Source: a virus (lineage: Duplodnaviria; Caudoviricetes). From it: a stretch of 64,000 nt of DNA. Location: positions 24,994 to 88,993 of the IMG/VR virus record IMGVR_UViG_3300035070_003276, one strand, 5' to 3'. The notes under the pieces were generated by a model. The model ran no database searches. It was not told the DNA's origin and saw only the letters and a program-made list of their open reading frames with translations. Positions 18,487 through 27,440 of the stretch are shown here, piece after piece (position 1 is the first letter of the stretch; the number at the start of each line of letters is the position of its first letter). Both the position numbers and the translations under genes were made by a program.

Positions 18487-21400
18487 ATGGCAGAAATAGC
18501 ATCCTTTTTAGGGGGTAGTAATATAACTTATGGTGGTACCGCTGGTGGTACTAAACCTAAAACGTCCGTAAGTATAACTAAGCCTGTAACTAAACTTAAT
18601 TTTCCAACAAAGCCTGTAAATAACTTAGGATTAGGTACAATATCCCCTTCGATTATTAATAATCTAATTTTAGATACCACTATAAAGGCTCCCATAGCTA
18701 CACAATTAATAAATCAAGAATCAGATACAGAAACAATAAATATAGCATCACAAGCTATCGATTTAGTAATTAATGTAGTTTCTGATGTATATGTTAATAC
18801 CCCTGATATTAGAGAGATAACATATCCAAAAGAAGTGAGAGGGGCTGATTTTGTAGGATATGATGTAGATTTTGATATAAGTTGGAATTCGATTGATGCA
18901 ACTGTTATTAGAATGTATGTTGGTAACTCTACTGATTATGTAGAATTAGGACCAAAGGGTAATCTTACTTTAAATGTAAAAGAGCTATTAGATAAATATC
19001 CATTACAAACCCCCACATTAACGGCAAAAAAACCGATTAATCCTAATGTAAGAAACGCCAATAACGATTATGGTGATAAGGTAAAAATTCCACTACGATT
19101 GGTTCCTATAAATTTGGAAACCAAAAAGCCCGTTAAAGGGCCGGTAGAGGAAATTGAAATTTTATTTGATAAAGGTGATTTAGAAATACCTCGTTCAGTT
19201 GTTATCAACAGAATAGCAGAGGGATTCATATCTCAATTTGATAAATGTAAATTTGATGATTCTAAATTACTTACTCATTTATTTCATATAGGTAATGGTG
19301 ATAACAAAGTAATTACTACATGGACTGGATTAGTTGCTAATTCTACTAATGATATAGATGATACTTCATTAATACTTAAATTATACGAACCACTACCAAC
19401 ATCAGTATTAACTAATCAAAAAGTTTGGATTAGTAAAGTACAAGCTGAACCGATTATTGATACGATAACGTTGGTTGGTGATGATACCGAATACTGTCCA
19501 CCATTGCAAGGACCTAATTTTAAATTAGAAGTTGATAATGGTATCGGATATCAAATGTATGATGATTTGGTTGCAAATGGTTCAACCACCTCAACCTCAT
19601 TAATACAACAATACGTTAGTAAGACTGGAATTGATACTGAAAAGTTAAATATTCAATATGCTAGTGGGTCTGTTCATATGTTTGAAAACTTTTCACACTT
19701 TGGTTCTGCTGAGGAAAGAATTAAAAACTTTTGGTATAAGATTCAATTATTAGAATCATATCAATCAAAATATAACGAACTAACATCAAACACAGTTGAA
19801 TTAGGATTCGTACTTGCTGAAGGTGGAGCTTACGATGGGTACACTATAATAACAGAAGCTTCTGATAATTTACAATTAGATGCACTTTCAGTAACAGCAA
19901 CATCTCAAATACAATCAGCTGCTCAGTTAACAAAAATAAACGATTTAATTGGAACCTTTGATGGTTTCGAAAAGTGGTTATATACTGATACACAATATAG
20001 TGATTCGTTATCATATCCAAAAAGTGGTAATACAATTAAAGCAACTTCAACTGATGAAGCAATCGCTTGGTATAACTCATCTGTTTCATCCGCAGCAACA
20101 TACGATAGAAATAATGTAAACTACCTTAACAATAATCTTCCTGAATTTATCAAAGAAGATTATCAGAATGAGGATTTTATGTTGTTTATGGATATGGTAG
20201 GACAACACTACGATATTATATGGGCATATGTAAATGGTTTAACAAAACTTAAATCACCACAACATAAAGCTGATTTAGGATTCTCAAATGATTTAATGTA
20301 CGCAATGTTGGAATCATTGGGATGGGATGGTAAAAAAGCTTACGATTCTCAATTCTTATGGGAGTATGCATTCGGACAATATAAGGATGGTACTCAGAAA
20401 TATCAACAATCACTTAAATCGGCAAACGAAGAAGTTTGGAGAAGGATATTAAATAACTTACCTTATATACTTAAACATAAAGGAACATCTCGTTCTTTAA
20501 AAGCTGTAATGGCCTGTTATGGTATTCCAAATTCATTACTTACTATAATGGAGTTTGGTGGTCCAACTGACCCAACCAATGGTGGTACTAATAAATTTAC
20601 ATTTGAAGATAGGACAGCTGCTATAAACTTTACCAATAGTGGTGAATCGATAAGTACTCAATGGAATGAAGTGGATGGTACCTATCCAAATGCAGTTGAA
20701 ATGACTGTAAATTTACAAACTCCTGGAAATTATAATATACTAAAAGGTGCTAATGACGCATTTACAACTCCGTTATGGAGAGTTAGTATTACTAATACAA
20801 CCGGTTCATTTGGTACAATTGATTTATTTGTATCCGAAAGTTTAACCGGTAATGTACATTCATCATCTACTGAACCATTTAATATATTCAATGAAGAATA
20901 TACTCAGATTGTAATTAATAGAGAATTAGTAGGGTCTGATTCACAATTCCAAATAATAGCCAAAGAGGCATTTGGTGGTAGAATTAGGACTAATGTATCT
21001 ACTGATGTTATGAGTATAACTGGTGATAATGGTTGGGATACTGGTTCTGCATTTATAGTATCATTGGGTTATGAGATGGAAGGTAAGGTTGATGAATTCA
21101 GATTATGGAAACAACCTTTAGAGGATAATGTTATTGAAACGCATACTCTTATGCCTGATTCTACTGTTGGTAATTCATATACATCATCTACTGAAGATTT
21201 ATTAGTACGTTATGATTTTGAATACCCAAAGAATAGGGCAGTTGATTTAGATATTAAGAATGTTGCAATCAGTACTGAGTATAGCTTACCAAATGGTTCA
21301 GCTGATGGATTTATATCAGCAACTGAATACCCATACCAATATACTCCATATGAAAGAAGTGTAACGGCTAAGGTACCATCATTAGGATTTAATCAATCTG

Positions 21401-22647
21401 ATAAGATAAGATTTGAAACTCAAACTTTAGTAGGTGATTTATCACATAGAGTTAGAGCAACACAAAAAGCATTTGATAGGGCACCAATTGATTCATCTAG
21501 GTTAGGATTATTCTTCTCACCTATGAAAGAGTTGAATATGGATATCCTTAAATCATTTGGTAATTTTAATATAGATAACTATATTGGAGACCCATCTGAT
21601 GAATTCAAAGATAATTATTCTGAATTGGGTATTCTTAGAGATTATTATTTCAAAAGGGTAAATAGAGATATCTATGAGTATATAAGATTGGTTCGTTCTA
21701 TCGATAAATCACTATTCGATGTATTGGAAGATTTAGTTCCAGCCAGAGCTAAAGTATCTAAAGGTTTACTAATTGAACCACATTATTTAGAAAGAAGTAA
21801 AACACAATGGAAGCCGGCTAGTTCTGAAAGGGGTGACCATGAAACTTCTATCGATATTAATGATATAGTATTATCAGGTGATAACAATCAATTCTCAGCT
21901 GAGTTAGATGCTGATTCTAATGTAGAATTATCATTTCAATATGATAACTATGATGCAAACATTGATGGTGATGATACGATTAATATTACATCAACAACAC
22001 CATTCTACAATGCTGATATAACTACCGAAGATACAATTGTATTAAATGGTGAGTATCCATCATACGTTTCACATATAGAAGTTCCATCTGGTGGTAAGTT
22101 AAGTGCAATGGTTGATGAAAGTACATTCCAACAAATCGGAATGGAGCGAGATTCACTTGCTAATGCTGGGTTTGGATTATACGCACCAATAACAACTGGT
22201 GTTGTTACTAAATTAGATATATTTGGTAACCTAACCGCATCAAGAGAAGATATTTATTTAATTAAACAATCTTATGTAGAAACAATATTAACACAAACCG
22301 AAGGATACCCCGCAACTTCAAATAACGAAGCTGTTAAGTATGAGAATGTAGATGTAACTAAATTTAGATACAAAGTATCTATAATACCTTATGGTGGTTC
22401 TACTCCATCGGTTGGAAACGATATAGTAGAAGTAACTCCATTATATGGATACTTCCCCACACACTATCGTTATAAAAACAATTTACCACAGGGTATGAAG
22501 AATTCATTCTTTGAAGGTTCAAAGCAAACTGCAGCAACAACCCCAGATGGGTTATCTCCAGTGGAAACATTTACAACTAATCCTAACATTCTTAGAGTAG
22601 CTGATACTGGTAGAGGTAGTGGTGAACCGATTTTACAGGTTGATTAA
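18487..22647 (+). CDS. large baseplate wedge protein (gp7 / P2 gpI-like segment) with a LamG-like domain
   Basis: LPYILKHKGTSRSLKAVMACYG wedge motif; GKVDEFRLW LamG-type end; 1386 aa. Confidence 0.65.
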   Translation: MAEIASFLGGSNITYGGTAGGTKPKTSVSITKPVTKLNFPTKPVNNLGLGTISPSIINNLILDTTIKAPIATQLINQESDTETINIASQAIDLVINVVSDVYVNTPDIREITYPKEVRGADFVGYDVDFDISWNSIDATVIRMYVGNSTDYVELGPKGNLTLNVKELLDKYPLQTPTLTAKKPINPNVRNANNDYGDKVKIPLRLVPINLETKKPVKGPVEEIEILFDKGDLEIPRSVVINRIAEGFISQFDKCKFDDSKLLTHLFHIGNGDNKVITTWTGLVANSTNDIDDTSLILKLYEPLPTSVLTNQKVWISKVQAEPIIDTITLVGDDTEYCPPLQGPNFKLEVDNGIGYQMYDDLVANGSTTSTSLIQQYVSKTGIDTEKLNIQYASGSVHMFENFSHFGSAEERIKNFWYKIQLLESYQSKYNELTSNTVELGFVLAEGGAYDGYTIITEASDNLQLDALSVTATSQIQSAAQLTKINDLIGTFDGFEKWLYTDTQYSDSLSYPKSGNTIKATSTDEAIAWYNSSVSSAATYDRNNVNYLNNNLPEFIKEDYQNEDFMLFMDMVGQHYDIIWAYVNGLTKLKSPQHKADLGFSNDLMYAMLESLGWDGKKAYDSQFLWEYAFGQYKDGTQKYQQSLKSANEEVWRRILNNLPYILKHKGTSRSLKAVMACYGIPNSLLTIMEFGGPTDPTNGGTNKFTFEDRTAAINFTNSGESISTQWNEVDGTYPNAVEMTVNLQTPGNYNILKGANDAFTTPLWRVSITNTTGSFGTIDLFVSESLTGNVHSSSTEPFNIFNEEYTQIVINRELVGSDSQFQIIAKEAFGGRIRTNVSTDVMSITGDNGWDTGSAFIVSLGYEMEGKVDEFRLWKQPLEDNVIETHTLMPDSTVGNSYTSSTEDLLVRYDFEYPKNRAVDLDIKNVAISTEYSLPNGSADGFISATEYPYQYTPYERSVTAKVPSLGFNQSDKIRFETQTLVGDLSHRVRATQKAFDRAPIDSSRLGLFFSPMKELNMDILKSFGNFNIDNYIGDPSDEFKDNYSELGILRDYYFKRVNRDIYEYIRLVRSIDKSLFDVLEDLVPARAKVSKGLLIEPHYLERSKTQWKPASSERGDHETSIDINDIVLSGDNNQFSAELDADSNVELSFQYDNYDANIDGDDTINITSTTPFYNADITTEDTIVLNGEYPSYVSHIEVPSGGKLSAMVDESTFQQIGMERDSLANAGFGLYAPITTGVVTKLDIFGNLTASREDIYLIKQSYVETILTQTEGYPATSNNEAVKYENVDVTKFRYKVSIIPYGGSTPSVGNDIVEVTPLYGYFPTHYRYKNNLPQGMKNSFFEGSKQTAATTPDGLSPVETFTTNPNILRVADTGRGSGEPILQVD

Positions 22648-22675
22648 TCAATAATAATTTATTTTTTAAAATGTT

Positions 22676-22683
22676 ATATTTAT
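22676..22683 (+). promoter_or_regulatory. putative late promoter
   Basis: ATATTTAT upstream of ATG 22712. Confidence 0.55.
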
Positions 22684-22711
22684 TAGTATATCAAAAGGGT
22701 AATATAAAATT

Positions 22712-23335
22712 ATGGGATATTTAAATAACACATCGATTACAGTAGATGCCATTCTGACCAAAAAAGGTAGACAGAAGCTGGCATCGGGTCAATCATTGAA
22801 CATAACCAAATTCGCATTGGGTGATGATGAGATTGATTATACATTATACGAACCAGCACATCCGAAGGGAAGTGCATATTATGATTCGGCAATTAAGGCA
22901 ATTCCTATAATGGAAGCAAGTCCTGATGAAACACAAGTATTAAGATACAAATTAGTTACACTACCGAAAGGTACAACACAAATTCCAATCGTAGCATTGG
23001 GAATTCCATCTATCGGAGCTTATCAAGATGAAGGAGGAGTTGCAATGACTCCAACTACTTCACCTGCTGGTAACTCTTCAGCTGGATACACTGTTGTATT
23101 GGCAGACCAGAGAGCTGGTACATTATCAGTAACGCAAGGAGCAACAGCAGCCGGTTCGGTTCCTGTTTTCTTAGGAGAAGAAATCACAACTACCGCACAA
23201 GTTGTAAGTGGTTTAGGATTTAAATTCACTCCAAATCCAGCGTTAACTTCAAATGTATCAACAACTATTACGGTCTATGGTAATGAAACGGGTGGTTCGC
23301 AAACCATTCCAGTAACTATAACATATAGAGCATAA
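22712..23335 (+). CDS. baseplate / tail-fibre-attachment structural protein
   Basis: DAILTKKGRQKLASG...ITKFALGDD resembles the N-terminus of tail-collar (DUF3751-like) domains; C-terminal Ig-like strands. Confidence 0.55.
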   Translation: MGYLNNTSITVDAILTKKGRQKLASGQSLNITKFALGDDEIDYTLYEPAHPKGSAYYDSAIKAIPIMEASPDETQVLRYKLVTLPKGTTQIPIVALGIPSIGAYQDEGGVAMTPTTSPAGNSSAGYTVVLADQRAGTLSVTQGATAAGSVPVFLGEEITTTAQVVSGLGFKFTPNPALTSNVSTTITVYGNETGGSQTIPVTITYRA

Positions 23336-23347
23336 AGGAAATAAGAT

Positions 23348-24556
23348 ATGGCATTAATAAACGACCCAAACATAGCAGCACAAATTGCTGATTTAGCATC
23401 AACTGGAACTTTTGATACGAACGATATCGTTTCAATCATAAACTCCGCATTACCTGCTGGTCAACAATTACAATCCGGAGCTGGAGCAACAACTGGTGTG
23501 TACAAACAATTCGGTGAATTTGATAAAGTAAACGCTAAGGTAGAAGTGGTAACAACGGGTCTTTGGACTGGCGATGTTGGTTCTTTGGCAAACGCTTATA
23601 CTTCATCAACCCAAGTTGCACAAAGTGGAAATTACTATTATGATGTGTATAGTACTGACCCAAGAACTGATTCAACTGCAGAAGTTCAATTTGCAGTAGC
23701 ATACGGACACGTTGATGGTAGTGGTTCCGTTTCATTGGAAACCGATGATGATGCACTTCTTTCTACAAAAGCAACATACGCACAATACAAATCAGTATTG
23801 TTAGACCCAACTGATACTAAATTCTCATTTGAAACTTCCACTGCTAACGTATTTGAAGATTCAAACTCAATCTACGCTATCAATGTAAATAGAGCTAGAT
23901 ATAGAGAAAAAATGGATGCTGGAAACTGGTCAATCCAATTAAGTGGTTCAAATGGAACATTCACTTTCATTGATGATAGTGGTAAGAAATTCGGAGATAC
24001 TTTAGGAAAAGCTGGTAGAGTATTCAAAGTAGTAAGTGGTTCACTTAACTTAGGTACTGAAAACGAAGCAACTGTTGCATCTACTACTGATGCAAACGGA
24101 AAAGGATATGGATTATTCTACCCAGATAGAGGTATTGTAATTTTCAATCCAACTGCATTAGCAACTACTGTTGGAACTGTAAAGCCATTTGGTGGAGCAG
24201 CTGAATCTTTATTAGGTGTTGAGACTGTTGTAGCGGATACTCAAAATCACAAAACATTAATTCAAGCTATTGATAACGGAAGTGATTTCCAAGCGAGAAG
24301 AACTGAAAATGTATCAACACAACATTTCTTCGTAAGAGCAACGAATAGAGAATTCAACTACTCAAACAATCCAACGTACACTAAGGCAGATGGGACGTTC
24401 GTAGAAACAACATTTAATACTGACCCACAAACGTATATTACAACGGTTGGTTTATTAAATAACTCAAATGAATTAATTGCAGTAGCTAAAACTTCTCAAC
24501 CCATAAACAAATCGTTTGATAAAGAAGTATTAATAAAAGTTAAACTTTCATTTTAA
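23348..24556 (+). CDS. tail/baseplate structural protein
   Basis: C-terminal YITTVGLLNNSNELIAVAKTSQPINK motif, shared with the next gene. Confidence 0.6.
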   Translation: MALINDPNIAAQIADLASTGTFDTNDIVSIINSALPAGQQLQSGAGATTGVYKQFGEFDKVNAKVEVVTTGLWTGDVGSLANAYTSSTQVAQSGNYYYDVYSTDPRTDSTAEVQFAVAYGHVDGSGSVSLETDDDALLSTKATYAQYKSVLLDPTDTKFSFETSTANVFEDSNSIYAINVNRARYREKMDAGNWSIQLSGSNGTFTFIDDSGKKFGDTLGKAGRVFKVVSGSLNLGTENEATVASTTDANGKGYGLFYPDRGIVIFNPTALATTVGTVKPFGGAAESLLGVETVVADTQNHKTLIQAIDNGSDFQARRTENVSTQHFFVRATNREFNYSNNPTYTKADGTFVETTFNTDPQTYITTVGLLNNSNELIAVAKTSQPINKSFDKEVLIKVKLSF

Positions 24557-24585
24557 TAAAATTATAAAAGTATAAACTCTAAATG

Positions 24586-24615
24586 AAACCCCCCTTAATT
24601 GGGGGGTTTTTTGTT
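24586..24615 (+). terminator. Rho-independent terminator
   Basis: AAACCCCCC-TTAATT-GGGGGGTTT stem followed by a T tract. Confidence 0.85.
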
Positions 24616-24621
24616 TCATAG

Positions 24622-24629
24622 ATATTTAT
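24622..24629 (+). promoter_or_regulatory. putative late promoter
   Basis: ATATTTAT directly after the terminator and upstream of ATG 24649. Confidence 0.6.
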
Positions 24630-24648
24630 ATGAAAGTATATTATTTAG

Positions 24649-25488
24649 ATGATTAAAGAAATACCAAAATCGGATGTAGTAGTTAGGCCTTTTAAAGTTT
24701 ACAAAGAGTGGGCTTTGGATGAGAGTGATGTTACGCCATTATATGGTACACTACAAACTGATTTATATGATGTAGATACCGATGAAGTGAATACAGATGG
24801 TACATCTAAACGAACCTTATATGATTCTATAAAATCACAATTCTATCTAAACCCATCAACCTCATCAATCTTAACAGAAGTTGGTAAGAGGGTATCTTAC
24901 GCATCTACTGATGAGAGAGTAATTGGTGATACTATTGGTGTGATATCAATACCACAACAAAAATATGGTGAAGGGTTAAAGATAGGTTCGGTTGAATTGG
25001 AATATGGTTCTATTACTGTAACTGATGATGGTAATTCAAACTTAATTGATTCTGCTAGTAATCATAAAGGTAACGTATTTTATGATAGAGGATTGATTGT
25101 ACTTACCGATGGTATTATAGATGATACGACTATTAATACCTTTGATGTATCATATCGTTCTACAATGACTATTTACGAAAACGAAGTATTTCTATCCGTA
25201 AATGAAAATGAGTTTAATGTATCACAAAACCCATCGGCATATGATGGAACTAATAGAATAAAATTAAAAACAATTCAATCTACAATAGAACCAACTAAGT
25301 TTGGTGGATTTGGTGATTATGATTATTCATCTTCAGTTGATACTACTGGTTCGTATTTAGCACCATTCATTACAACGATAGGTTTATATGATAACGAATT
25401 GAATATGGTTGCGGTATGTAAGTTACCAAAACCGATTAAATCATTACCTGATTATCCGTTGAACTTTATTGTTCGTTTCGATACTTAA
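24649..25488 (+). CDS. tail/baseplate structural protein, paralogue of 23348-24556
   Basis: GNVFYDRGLIVL versus GLFYPDRGIVIF; FITTIGLYDNELNMVAVCKLPKPIK C-terminus. Confidence 0.6.
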   Translation: MIKEIPKSDVVVRPFKVYKEWALDESDVTPLYGTLQTDLYDVDTDEVNTDGTSKRTLYDSIKSQFYLNPSTSSILTEVGKRVSYASTDERVIGDTIGVISIPQQKYGEGLKIGSVELEYGSITVTDDGNSNLIDSASNHKGNVFYDRGLIVLTDGIIDDTTINTFDVSYRSTMTIYENEVFLSVNENEFNVSQNPSAYDGTNRIKLKTIQSTIEPTKFGGFGDYDYSSSVDTTGSYLAPFITTIGLYDNELNMVAVCKLPKPIKSLPDYPLNFIVRFDT

Positions 25489-25491
25489 TTG

Positions 25492-25499
25492 ATATTTAT
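25492..25499 (+). promoter_or_regulatory. putative late promoter
   Basis: ATATTTAT upstream of ATG 25520. Confidence 0.55.
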
Positions 25500-25519
25500 A
25501 TACACAAAGGAGAATAATT

Positions 25520-25726
25520 ATGACTTTAGAAGAAAGATTAAAACAAACACCGCCAGATTCATCAAAAGCAAATACTAAAGGTGGAGATAAGACTCCATTA
25601 GAAGCAGATGGTGGACTAGATTTATCAAAAGATGAAAAGGCTATTGAAAAATCAGGTGGTAGAAAGCTAGGAAAAGGTGGAGCTGGGCATAGTCCATCCA
25701 AACCTTATTCAGACAAATTTAAATAA
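25520..25726 (+). CDS. small hydrophilic hypothetical protein
   Basis: 68-aa ORF with AAGGAG upstream. Confidence 0.75.
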   Translation: MTLEERLKQTPPDSSKANTKGGDKTPLEADGGLDLSKDEKAIEKSGGRKLGKGGAGHSPSKPYSDKFK

Positions 25727-25732
25727 GACTTA

Positions 25733-26197
25733 ATGTCAAATTGGTTATGGAATGGTAACGATGTTACCGAAGATGTTATACCTGAGGATGCCGTAGGATT
25801 TATCTATATGATAGAACATATCCCTACTGGCAAATATTACATTGGTAAAAAATCCTTAGAAAGTGTCCGAAATGTAAAAATCGGAGTTAGAGAGTTGGCT
25901 CGTATCAAAGAAGAACGAAAGTTAGCTGGTATAAGGGGTTCACTACCCAAAAAGAAAAAAGTTAGAAAATCTTCTGACTGGCAAAAGTACTACTCATCCA
26001 ACGATTGGATTAAAGAACAAATCTCAGAAGGTAAGAATGATGAGTTCAAACGAAGTGTTCTACAATTCTGCTATTCAAAAAAATCATTATCATATTATGA
26101 AGTACATTGGATGTTTAAATACGATGTCCTATCAGATGATAATTCACTTAACGGAAACATATTAGGAAAGTTTTATAGAAAAGACTTGGATAATTAA
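25733..26197 (+). CDS. GIY-YIG family endonuclease-like protein
   Basis: GFIYMIEHIPTGKYYIGKK motif, with a downstream Glu (YYEV) and Asn (SLNGNI). Confidence 0.75.
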   Translation: MSNWLWNGNDVTEDVIPEDAVGFIYMIEHIPTGKYYIGKKSLESVRNVKIGVRELARIKEERKLAGIRGSLPKKKKVRKSSDWQKYYSSNDWIKEQISEGKNDEFKRSVLQFCYSKKSLSYYEVHWMFKYDVLSDDNSLNGNILGKFYRKDLDN

Positions 26198-26216
26198 AAT
26201 ATTATTTGTATATTTG
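26185..26216 (+). promoter_or_regulatory. Bacteroidota primary-sigma-type promoter
   Basis: CTTG-N20-TATATTTG. Confidence 0.6.
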
Positions 26217-26249
26217 TATATTAAATGTATATACACTAAAAATAATATT

Positions 26250-26453
26250 ATGAATTTAGAACAAGTAGCAATTGCATATGGTATTAATCCAAATAACCTA
26301 AATGCAAAAGATGATGGTTTAAAGATAGCTGTTAAATCAATCAAAGATTTAGTAAGACAAATGGAGCAACGTAATGTTGATGCCCAAACTATATCTCAAG
26401 TAAAGAGATTGGGTGAATTCTTATTTGCGGTATCCGATTCTCAAATGGGATAA
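26250..26453 (+). CDS. hypothetical protein
   Basis: ORF track 26214-26453; ATG 26250 downstream of the promoter is preferred. Confidence 0.7.
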   Translation: MNLEQVAIAYGINPNNLNAKDDGLKIAVKSIKDLVRQMEQRNVDAQTISQVKRLGEFLFAVSDSQMG

Positions 26454-26485
26454 TTTGGTAAATCCAAATAAATTTCGTATATTTA
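26454..26485 (+). promoter_or_regulatory. Bacteroidota primary-sigma-type promoter
   Basis: TTTG-N20-TATATTTA upstream of the primase gene. Confidence 0.65.
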
Positions 26486-26501
26486 CACAAAATATAATTT
26501 A

Positions 26502-27440
26502 ATGCTCTCCGCAAGAAATAAATTAGTTGTTATAAATGTATTGGATTCTACATTAGGTGTGGGTTCATCTATGAAGGGAAACGAACAGGCACATCACTGT
26601 CCTTTTTGTCACCATCATAAGAAGAAATTACAAATAAATTTAGATTCTCAATATTGGCATTGTTGGGTATGTGATTCTAAGGGAAGAAGTATCCAATCAC
26701 TTTTACGGAAGCTAAATGTAGATAGAGGTGATTTATCAAAAATCATTTCTATCTATGGAGAGTATAAACCATCTACTAATCATAAGGAGGTAGAAAAAAT
26801 ACAACTTAAACTTCCTAAAGAATTCAAACCACTTCATCAGAAACCAAAATCGATAGATTTTGCATACAATCAAGCATTGGGATATCTTTATAAGAGAGGT
26901 ATTACTATGGATGAAATATTAAAACATAATATTGGATATTGTGAAGATGGTATGTATGGTGGTAGGACTATTGTACCATCATATAATGCTGATGGTGAAT
27001 TAAACTATTTTGTAGCACGTTCGTATTATTCTGATAATACCATGAAATACAAAAACCCACCTGTTAGTAGAGATGTAATTGTATTTGATAACCAAATCAA
27101 TTGGAATGAACCAATTACACTAGTTGAGGGTGTGTTCGATTCATTCTCAGTAAAGAGAAACGTAATTCCCATCTTAGGAAAGTTTTTACCAAAAACATTG
27201 AAAGAGAAGATATTTGAAAAGGGAGTAAGTGAAATAAAAATCCTATTGGATGCTGATGCAGTTGATGATTCCACAAAGCATGCGGAATACTTTATAAAAA
27301 ATGGTATAAAGGTAACAAACATTATACCCACAGAAAGTGATGCTGGTGATATGGGATTTGATAAAGTAAATGAATTACTAAAAGAAACCAAAGAAAGTGG
27401 TTGGGATGATTTAATCCTATCTAAATTAAATAATATATGA
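26502..27440 (+). CDS. DNA primase (Zn finger plus TOPRIM; T4 gp61/DnaG-like)
   Basis: HCPFCHH...WHCWVC zinc finger; LVEGVFD and LLDADA TOPRIM motifs. Confidence 0.88.
   Translation: MLSARNKLVVINVLDSTLGVGSSMKGNEQAHHCPFCHHHKKKLQINLDSQYWHCWVCDSKGRSIQSLLRKLNVDRGDLSKIISIYGEYKPSTNHKEVEKIQLKLPKEFKPLHQKPKSIDFAYNQALGYLYKRGITMDEILKHNIGYCEDGMYGGRTIVPSYNADGELNYFVARSYYSDNTMKYKNPPVSRDVIVFDNQINWNEPITLVEGVFDSFSVKRNVIPILGKFLPKTLKEKIFEKGVSEIKILLDADAVDDSTKHAEYFIKNGIKVTNIIPTESDAGDMGFDKVNELLKETKESGWDDLILSKLNNI

Noticed and set aside
25733-26197. GIY-YIG gene as part of a group I intron
   Set aside because: The neighbouring genes are intact and the flanking gaps are too short for an intron core, so it is free-standing
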